Assembly (NCBI GenBank): GCA_944350085.1
Contig: CALVNY010000004.1
Coordinates: forward strand, 2,724-66,723
Length of the DNA: 64,000 bases
Source: an uncultured Clostridia bacterium
GTDB taxonomy: Bacteria > Bacillota > Clostridia > Christensenellales > UBA1242
Reading direction: 5' to 3'
The position numbers were made by a program, and so were the translations under genes. Shown piece after piece: positions 10,278 to 18,700 of the stretch. The number at the start of each line of letters is the position of its first letter. Position 1 is the first letter of the stretch. Under the pieces are notes generated by a model, which saw only the letters and a program-made list of their open reading frames with translations, searched no databases and was not told the DNA's origin.

Positions 10278-11872
10278 TACATAATCTCCAATCTTTTGTA
10301 ATCTATTTTGCCAAGTGGTGTCATAGGCATAGAATCTAACACAATAACTTCCCTAGGAACTGCATATTTAATTAAATTTGCCTTTATTAAATCCTTTATT
10401 TCGTTAGAAATTTTAGATGGTTTTACATCTGTTGAATTTAAAGTAACAAAAACTTTAATATATGTTTTGTCGTTATAATGGTAAGCAACAGCACATGCTT
10501 CTTTAACTAGGTTGTGTCTTCTTGCAATTTCTTCAATTTCCGAAGGGAAAATATTAACAGCAGCAATTTTTACTGTACGCTTTTTGCGTTCAATTACAAA
10601 CAAAAATCCATCTTCATCCAAATAACCTAAGTCGCCTGTTCTTATCCACTTTTTGTTGTCTTTAATAGTTATTCCAGAGCCGTCCTCATAGCCACTCATA
10701 ATACATTTAGTTGAAACCACAATTTCGCCAACTTGATTAGCTTCCAACACTTCTTCATTGTCGGCACCCCATATTTCAATGGTTGTGTTTGGCATTGGTT
10801 TTCCACAACTTAATTTTTTATAATCTTTGTGTGTGTTTACTGCACAAACTGAACAAACTTCTGTTAAGCCATAGCCTCTCATAAGCCTTGCTCTTGCACC
10901 ATATTTTTTTAATTTTTCATCAAAATGCTCAACAAAATTTTCGCCAACAGTATCACCACCACACCATAAATCTTTAAGTTTTGCCAAGTGTTTGCCTTCA
11001 AAGTTTTTTTCTTCCATCATCTTTTTAAACATAATTGGCACACCTGCCATAAAAGTTACATTGTATCTTTTAATGCAGTTGTTTATTTGTTTTGCATTAA
11101 ATTTTGGAATTAAAATCAAGTTGTAGTGATTGCATAAACATGTATGAATTGAAACACCAAGCCCATAAGCGTGAAAAATTGGCAACGCAACTAGCCCATA
11201 TTCATTTTTGCCAACAGGATTTACTTTAACATACATTTCATATAAATTATCACACAAACTAATTAACGCATTATTTGAAAGTTTAACAATTTTAGGTTGT
11301 CCACTTGTGCCTCCACTGTGCATAGATGTTACAACACTTTCGCCAACACCTTGCTCCTTGCTTTTCTTTCTTGTTAAATAGTACATCCTTAATAATTTTT
11401 TGTAATTGATTGCCATTTTGCTTGGCTTTGATTTTGTTCTTGCATAAATTAAATAAAATATTTTTCTAAAAAAAGTGTAGTCTGCAACAGAACAATTAAT
11501 CATTATTTGATGTGCTTCTTCTAATTTTTTTTGATTTTTAACCAAAATATCGTAATACATAATTCCTTTTGAATTTGTTGTAATTAAATTTTTGGTTAAT
11601 TGCTCTAATGGCAATAAAGGGTGAACAATGTTTGCAATAACTCCAAGTTTAGAACAAGCATAAAAAGCCACAATAGATTGTGGACATGTTGGTAAATATA
11701 AAGTTAATGTGTCCCCAGCCTTAAACCCTAAATGTGTTAGTGCCAAAGAAAAACTTTCAATATCCTTAATAAGTTGAGTTGTCCTCATCTTATGTTTATT
11801 AAAAATTATATAACCACTATTTGATTTACCTTTATATGCGTTTATTAATTTGCTATAACAAGTTTCTTCCAT
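10277..11872 (-). CDS. ANL-superfamily adenylate-forming enzyme (acyl-CoA synthetase / acyl-AMP ligase-like)
   Basis: Motifs SGGTSGQPKIV, GYGLTE, RTGDLGYLDEDGFLF and a C-terminal PLGKIDYKRL. The track ORF runs up to 11959. ATG 11872 (MEETCYSK) is the first Met before the conserved core. Confidence 0.8.
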   Translation of the reverse strand: MEETCYSKLINAYKGKSNSGYIIFNKHKMRTTQLIKDIESFSLALTHLGFKAGDTLTLYLPTCPQSIVAFYACSKLGVIANIVHPLLPLEQLTKNLITTNSKGIMYYDILVKNQKKLEEAHQIMINCSVADYTFFRKIFYLIYARTKSKPSKMAINYKKLLRMYYLTRKKSKEQGVGESVVTSMHSGGTSGQPKIVKLSNNALISLCDNLYEMYVKVNPVGKNEYGLVALPIFHAYGLGVSIHTCLCNHYNLILIPKFNAKQINNCIKRYNVTFMAGVPIMFKKMMEEKNFEGKHLAKLKDLWCGGDTVGENFVEHFDEKLKKYGARARLMRGYGLTEVCSVCAVNTHKDYKKLSCGKPMPNTTIEIWGADNEEVLEANQVGEIVVSTKCIMSGYEDGSGITIKDNKKWIRTGDLGYLDEDGFLFVIERKKRTVKIAAVNIFPSEIEEIARRHNLVKEACAVAYHYNDKTYIKVFVTLNSTDVKPSKISNEIKDLIKANLIKYAVPREVIVLDSMPMTPLGKIDYKRLEIM

Positions 11873-12200
11873 AATTGCCCTTAACTTAAAAACTAAATTT
11901 AAACAAAAAAAATAAATTGAAAACTGATTCAATTTTAAATATTCTATTATATACAACAAACATTATAACAATTTTATTTGAATTTTCTAAATATTTTTAA
12001 TTAATTTGTAAACCATTGTCAAAAAAACAAATAAAAAACATTTTAAATGCAATTTTTTTATAAATAAATTAAATTTTATTTTGGTCCACATAATTTATAT
12101 TTAATAATAAAACCACTTAACCACTTACACCAACTAACTTAAATTTTTAATCACTTCAAATTATTACAAAATTTTAAATTAACTAAATAAAAAACAAAAA

Positions 12201-12219
12201 AACACGCAAACTGCGTGTT
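12201..12219 (-). terminator. terminator after the DUF1292 gene
   Basis: AACACGCA aac TGCGTGTT. On the minus strand it is followed by TTTTTGTTTTTT. Confidence 0.7.
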
Positions 12220-12249
12220 TTGCATTTTCTTAGATTTTTAATTAAAGTT

Positions 12250-12603
12250 TTACTTTTCTTCATCTTTAACTTCATTTAAGTATTCTTCGCCAACTTCAAT
12301 TCCTTCTTCTTGAAGAAGTTTGTAGTATTCGTTAAATACATCATTAACTATTTTGTCGTCATCGCAAATAACCAAACAATCATCATCATCTATTGTTTCC
12401 AAGTGAAATACCAAAGCTTCATCATCTTCAACACCTGGCATTTTATCAACAGGTTTTAAAATAACATATATATTATCTTCCCCCATTGGAATAACTGCCA
12501 CTTGTTCAAACTCTGTTTTTTTGTTGTTTTCATCGTATAAAACAATGTTGTCGTTATTGTTTTCATCTAAAATTTTATCTATTTCAGAAATTTGTTTATT
12601 CAT
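12250..12603 (-). CDS. DUF1292-family small acidic protein
   Basis: Pattern IVLYDENNKKTEFEQV...YVILKPV...EDDEALVFH...DD, as in YrzB-like DUF1292 proteins. ATG 12603 follows GGGAGGA. The track start at 12615 lies upstream of that RBS. Confidence 0.6.
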   Translation of the reverse strand: MNKQISEIDKILDENNNDNIVLYDENNKKTEFEQVAVIPMGEDNIYVILKPVDKMPGVEDDEALVFHLETIDDDDCLVICDDDKIVNDVFNEYYKLLQEEGIEVGEEYLNEVKDEEK

Positions 12604-12822
12604 ATATCCTCCCACTTAGTTACATTTTAAATTATTTAAAAATATTTTGTGTAACTAATGCTTTTTAATACTATAAATATACCATATTTATTTTAAAATA
12701 GCAAAGAATTGACTAATAGTTGTTTATTTAAAATTTTATTTTAATTTTATGTTAAAATAACATTTTTTGTCAAAAACTTAAATAAATATGTCAATATGTT
12801 GTTTTTTTAACACAAAAACTCA

Positions 12823-13410
12823 TTAAAGTTCTATTTCCTTATGTAAGGCAATAAAATTTTGTAAAAGTTCTAATGCTTTTGCTCGCGCACTAAATTTGTA
12901 TTTTTCTTCATTGGTTAACTCTGCCATAACAACCCCATTATCTAGTTCAAATATATCGTCATAACCAAACGAATTGTTGCCTTTGCTTTCTTTTGCAATG
13001 TGTCCATAAAGTTCTCCTTTAAAACTATAAACATTGCCTTTTTTATCAATTAAAGTTATAACACAAACAGAAACACATTTTCTTTTGTTGTAATCAAGAT
13101 TTTTCATTTTGTTAAGTATAAAATCGTTTCTTTCAATATGTGTTGAATTTTCACCCAAAAACCTGTGAGTTTCAACACCCGGCCAATTATTATATTCCAA
13201 GATGCAAAGCCCACTATCATCTGCAATAACACTATCGTGAGTTAAATCAAAAATGGCCTTTGCTTTTATGGTTGAATTTTCTTCAAATGTTTTTCCTGTT
13301 TCTTCCACTTCAACATTAATTCCACACTCATTTAAACTTTTTAAATTGTAACTAGGAAGTATCTCTTTAAGTTGTAAAATTTTATTTTTGTTATTACTTG
13401 CAATAATCAT
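12823..13410 (-). CDS. rdgB: dITP/XTP pyrophosphatase (Ham1/RdgB family)
   Basis: MIIASNNKNK, EETGKTFEENSTIKA, ADDSGL, SFGYDDIF, and a C-terminal SARAKA. Confidence 0.8.
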   Translation of the reverse strand: MIIASNNKNKILQLKEILPSYNLKSLNECGINVEVEETGKTFEENSTIKAKAIFDLTHDSVIADDSGLCILEYNNWPGVETHRFLGENSTHIERNDFILNKMKNLDYNKRKCVSVCVITLIDKKGNVYSFKGELYGHIAKESKGNNSFGYDDIFELDNGVVMAELTNEEKYKFSARAKALELLQNFIALHKEIEL

Positions 13411-13471
13411 TTTTTAACCCCTTAAAACTTAATAATCAATTTTATCACAAGTTAAACCAAATTTAAAACTT

Positions 13472-14368
13472 TTATTTAATTATTTTACAAACACTAGAAA
13501 TACTTTCATCAAAAAACTTTCCACCCACATTTTCCAATGCAACTATTGGAACATTTTTGTTTTGTTCAAACACTTCCATTAAATATTCTTCGCCAATAGG
13601 GTGTGGCAATGCACCATTTCCAATTTCTATTGTGTATGCCGGCACATTATAAACCAAACTAATGTAATCAGAATATCCTCCAACACTTCCCTCTGTTTTT
13701 ATAATTTGGTAACCATTTACTGCACTTAAAGATAAGGCTATGTTGTAATCTCTCATTAAGTCCTCTGGGCTTAAACTTTTAAACCCATAGTAAATCACTT
13801 CGCCTTTTGTGTGCCAAGAAATAGTAATACTTGGATTAACTTCTTTGGTAAATCGAATAAGATTGTTAACTTCCCTTTCACTTTCTGGGTAATATCCAAC
13901 AAAGTTTCCAGAACTTGGGCAAAACACATTTTGTGTTCCTTCGCCCCAACTTGCATCAAAGTTAACATTTAAGTCCACAGCATTTGCGTTTGCTTTCCAC
14001 TGGCTAAAATCTGGGTTGTTGTTGTTAACATCTAGCAAATATCTTCGTAAAATATCGCAGGGTAAATTGGTTGTTCCATTTAAAACCAATTCTATGCCAT
14101 CAGGATTTACCATTGGAACAACATATATTCCACCATTAATAATATCCTTTGTTGCCAAATATTTTATTTCTTCAATTAAAAATAATGTGCTTAAATATTC
14201 TCTTGCATGAATTCCCCCTTCCATTATCATTTGTGGTCCATCATAGTTTCCTAAATGGATTGCATATATTGGCTTGTTTAACAAACTATATCCAATTATG
14301 CTTAAATCAACGCCTTGAATAACATCAAGCGCTTCAATTCTGTTTTGAATATCTTTATAATTTAACAT
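13472..14368 (-). CDS. M14-family zinc carboxypeptidase-like protein (gamma-D-glutamyl-meso-diaminopimelate peptidase-like)
   Basis: GGIHAREYLST (HxxE zinc-ligand motif) about 50 aa from the N-terminus. Size and layout match cytoplasmic M14 peptidases. No signal peptide. Confidence 0.55.
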   Translation of the reverse strand: MLNYKDIQNRIEALDVIQGVDLSIIGYSLLNKPIYAIHLGNYDGPQMIMEGGIHAREYLSTLFLIEEIKYLATKDIINGGIYVVPMVNPDGIELVLNGTTNLPCDILRRYLLDVNNNNPDFSQWKANANAVDLNVNFDASWGEGTQNVFCPSSGNFVGYYPESEREVNNLIRFTKEVNPSITISWHTKGEVIYYGFKSLSPEDLMRDYNIALSLSAVNGYQIIKTEGSVGGYSDYISLVYNVPAYTIEIGNGALPHPIGEEYLMEVFEQNKNVPIVALENVGGKFFDESISSVCKIIK

Positions 14369-14430
14369 TTAAACCTCATTATAATTTTTTGTTATATTAA
14401 TATAAATGATAAAAATAAATTTTTTGTTTA

Positions 14431-14457
14431 AAAAAGCAGAGATTTTCTCTGCTTTTT
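14431..14457 (-). terminator. terminator after the 374-aa membrane protein gene
   Basis: aaaaaGCAGAGattttCTCTGCttttt. Confidence 0.75.
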
Positions 14458-14479
14458 ACTAAATTATTTATTAAATTAA

Positions 14480-15604
14480 TTAACTTTTTAATAATTGCTT
14501 TTCTTTCCAAAACTTTATAATATCTGTTGCTATTTTTAAAATTGCCGAAATAAAAAGATATATTGGAATTGAAAGAAGTGAAAGCACAGGAATTAAAAGT
14601 TGGCTAGAAAATAAACTTGCCACACTTAAATTTAATAGCCTAATTAAATAAAACGGCATTATGCTTAGCCCAAACACCGCCAAATAAGGACTATAAACAT
14701 TATTTAACAAAATGCCACCAATTACCATAAATGTTAAAGCAATAAATATTAAAAAGTCTATTGTGTACATAGAATATGAATCTTGTGGATTATTCACCCT
14801 ATAAAACACTAAAATATCTTTATCCACATTGTCACCAAATGAAATTGTGTAGTCCTCTTTATTTGTATAAGTTGTTTGTTGCACACTATATGTGTAAGTA
14901 TTAACAGGCATTTTAGGATTTGATTTAACAAGTTCGCTGGCATAATATGTTCCGTTTGTGGTTGAATATCCTAAAAATATAATTAATGTAAACAACACAA
15001 CAAATGCAGAAACTCCAAAGCAAATAAAACTTGGAATGTGTTTGTTTTTCGTTTTTAACACGCTTTCAAAATTTTCAACATCATTTTTTATTTCTTGGCT
15101 TAAGTCCTTTACATAAGCCGAATTTGGAACAGCAGAAACAAGCTGCTTTGCTTTATTTAATGGCATAATTGCATTAACAACTTTACCGTCACTTAACTTA
15201 ATGTTGATATTATATGCAATATTATTAACCGAATTTATTGTGTCTTTTAAAATAGTTTGAAATTGAATTTTTTTAACGCAGTCGTTTTGATTTACAAAGT
15301 TATAGCCCACAACGCTATTATCATTGTATTTTACAATTAACATTTCGTTTTTAATTTTAAACCATTTATATTCTGCCTTAACAATTTTGTACTTAAACCT
15401 TGGTATTATGTGCTTGTACAATATAAACACAAAAGCACTTAAAAACAAAATATTAAACAGCACAAAAAAGTAGTTGGTTTCCTTATTAATTAATGCAAAA
15501 TTTAAAATCATTAACACTATTTGAAAAAACAGCATTACATATAGTAAATAGTACAAACTTTTTCTGTAAAGTTTGCTTTTTTTAACAAACACAAATTCTT
15601 TCAT
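14480..15604 (-). CDS. multi-pass membrane protein, unknown function
   Basis: Two N-terminal TM helices, a soluble middle part, one TM, a beta-rich segment ending ILVFYRVNNPQDSYS (DUF3592-like flavour), then four C-terminal TM helices. Confidence 0.5.
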   Translation of the reverse strand: MKEFVFVKKSKLYRKSLYYLLYVMLFFQIVLMILNFALINKETNYFFVLFNILFLSAFVFILYKHIIPRFKYKIVKAEYKWFKIKNEMLIVKYNDNSVVGYNFVNQNDCVKKIQFQTILKDTINSVNNIAYNINIKLSDGKVVNAIMPLNKAKQLVSAVPNSAYVKDLSQEIKNDVENFESVLKTKNKHIPSFICFGVSAFVVLFTLIIFLGYSTTNGTYYASELVKSNPKMPVNTYTYSVQQTTYTNKEDYTISFGDNVDKDILVFYRVNNPQDSYSMYTIDFLIFIALTFMVIGGILLNNVYSPYLAVFGLSIMPFYLIRLLNLSVASLFSSQLLIPVLSLLSIPIYLFISAILKIATDIIKFWKEKQLLKS

Positions 15605-15688
15605 ATAAAACTCCTTTGTTTTTATTATTTTGTGCAGTTAAAAAATTTATATTATTAATAACAAATAAAATTTAAAAATTTATAAAAA

Positions 15689-15709
15689 AAGAGTGACTTA
15701 GTCACCCTT
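15689..15709 (-). terminator. terminator after the giant surface protein gene
   Basis: GTGAC tta GTCAC core inside aaaaaaagagtgacttagtcaccctttttt, directly after the stop at 15712. Confidence 0.6.
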
Positions 15710-15711
15710 TT

Positions 15712-18700
15712 TTAATTTTTACCAGTTTTTACAACCCCATCCCAATTTGCATAGATCGTTGTGTCTTGTGTTATTGTGATTTGCGTAAAGGTTGCTTCTC
15801 CTAATTTTAGTGTCCAACCTTCAAATTCATAATGCCACCAAATATTAAATAATGTTTTATATTCCCAAATTGGAGTGTAAGAATCGTCAATTACCAACAT
15901 TTCCCCATCTAAAACTTTAACTGTTGAAACAGGGAACCAAATACTACTTTTGTAAGCACTTACAACTGTTGTTTCTTTGCTAAATGTTACAGTGTAATAT
16001 TCTTTTACAGTTATGGTCCAATCGGCAACAATTTTTGCATTTTCGTTTGGCACAACAAAATTATTAATATCCTCTACCTTTGTGCCGTTTACAAAGTAAC
16101 CATTAAATGTGTAAACTATTCTTTCGGTTTGTGTTCCGTCGTCGTAGTAATAAGATTCTTGATTTGGTAGCGACAAGTTATGCCCTTGATAATAACTATT
16201 ACTACTATTTACAATAGTTCCATAATCAGAAATAATTGTTACGGTGTAAGCATTTTGTATGTACAAATTTAATTCGTGGTTAGGCATAATCATTGAAGTA
16301 AATATTTCAGTTAATTCTTTGTCTGAGTAGTATTTTGTTGTTTCATTAAACTTTGAACCAACTAAATTAATTTTATCGTTTTCAAACAATCTCTTTGTTA
16401 GAATTAAAGTGTTATTATCGTAAACATTTAATAAATAAGTTTCTTTAACATCAACAATAGTCCATTTTGCATACAAAGTTGTGTCTTTGTTTAAAGCATA
16501 ATCTGGTGCAATGATTGTAAATTCTTCATCTAAATACCAGCCATCAAATTGTTTTGTTACAACATCATCTCCATCATTTACTTCAATTAAATCAAAATAT
16601 ATTGGCAAGTCAAGTTTACTACCCTCTAAAACTCTAATACTGTCAATATTTTCTCCACCATTTGTTACAAATGAAATGGTAATGTATTTGTCAGTCACAA
16701 CATTCCATTTTGCATATAATGTTTTGTCCGTTCTTGGAATAATATTTTCGTTATATTCAGTTCCAACATCAAATGTTTTTGTTGTGTACCAACCAACAAA
16801 TTCATAACTTTTACGAGTAACGCCATCATCAACAACATAGTTGTTTGGTTTTGGCAATATATACGAACTTCCTGCAATTCCTTCAACACTTTCTATTTGT
16901 TGGTCACAGTTAGTAACAAATAAAATTGTAAATTTCCTTTGACTGCTTAATTCCCAATCGCCATTGTATGCATCCCACTCAGCGCCTTCTTTATATGTGT
17001 AACTTGAAATATATTCATCAACACTTGATAAATCACAAATCCCACCTATGTCATAGAATGTTAGATTGTCACTATTTAAAGTGATTTCAACATCATTAGC
17101 AACAGGCATAAACATATTTAAAGTTAATCCACCAATAATTGACTGTGTAACAAATTCATTTCTATCACTATCAAATTTAGTGTAGTCAACAGTCTTAATT
17201 CCAACACTCATTGTATCTAATTGTGGATTTGCTGTTAGTTCCATTAAGTTTAGCGTTAATGTATGTAATCTATCTTGTGATGTGTATCCTTTTATAATAT
17301 TGCTGTAATCCATTGGTTCTGTTCTTTCAATGTTTAGTGAATCATAAATTGCATTCATAATATTTTGACTAAGCCCTAATCCGTATTGCAACAAATAATA
17401 CAATGGATCTGAAGCCAAAGTTTCAATATGAACCTTTAATTTTTTTTCATAGGTTTTGTCAGAACTCATAAATACTGGCACTTTTTCTGTCCTATATAAA
17501 TATGCCATATCGTTTTTCATATAAATTGTTAAAATTCTGTCTTTTCCAGGATTTACCCCATCGATTGTGTTACCAAATTTATAAGGAACATCATCATTAA
17601 CCCCACCTATAACAGGAACAGGACCTAACACAATTTTTGCATCAATTTTTCCATCAATGATTTTAACTTTTGCATCAATAGGCACATTAAATGTTACATT
17701 AATTCCAATAACATTTAGTTTTAAATTTACTGTTCCATTTAAACTGAAATCAGTAAATTGGGTTGTGTTTTTAAACGCTTCAACCAGATTTCCAATAGTG
17801 GTCATGTCCATATACAGATTCTTTTCTTCATCTGTCAAATCAGAAATTTGTGTAAAGTCCATAAATCCAATGTTTAAAGTGTTAACTTTAAAGTTGTTGA
17901 TGCTTAAATCATTAATTGTTAAGTATTCTAATTTTTCGGTGCTGTAAGTTAAATCTAAACTTACTTTACCAACCCCAAGCCCTAAGTTTGTTAGGTCTAA
18001 ATCAATCTTAAAGTTTGAACCTGTTAACACAAATGATTTAATCATTTCCAAACTAATATTATTTAAAATAGAACTATCACTTTCAAAGCCACTTATAATG
18101 CCCATCAAATTTTCAAATGAATCAGCCTTAACTTCCAATCCTAGCAATTCACATATTGAATCAATGGTTAAGCCAATACCTTCACCCGACAATTTAACTT
18201 TCATATTGTTGTAAGTAATGTAAACCACATTATTTACATATAAAATTTTAACATTGTGATTAGTTGTTTGTTTTGTTGAAGAATTTTCGTCAACTTGACC
18301 ATTTACATAATTTGCTGTAACTATATCAACTTGAATATTTAAGTTTGCAGATATTTTTAGCTTTTCAATGTTAAACACTTTTTTGCCATCTACTAAATCA
18401 TAAGCGTTTTTCCAATCAAACATTGCAAAAGATGTGTTTAATAAATTTATTGTAGTTTCTGTGGACTTAACTATAACATCATTTTCATCTAAATCAAATG
18501 TTGTGTTTGTTATAATAGCGTTTAAATTAAATGCAATATTTTTGTTTGTGTTAACATTTTCAATAGTGTTTTTTACTGATGTAATAAAATCTTTAACATA
18601 TTTTAAGCTTTCGTATTCTTCTTCATTTATGGTTGGAACAATAACTTCTTTTGTTAAGTCAATATTAAATTTCACACTTAATCCATTTAGTGCAACTTCT

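Noticed and set aside
11873-11959. N-terminal extensions of several track ORFs: 11959, 12615, 22449, 22578, 36412, 46058, 49817, 52934, 54327, 58047 and 59471.
   Set aside because: In each case a downstream in-frame ATG sits at proper distance from a GGAG-type RBS. The extension either runs through promoter or operator sequence or starts at a TTG/GTG inside the RBS, so I used the shorter coordinates.
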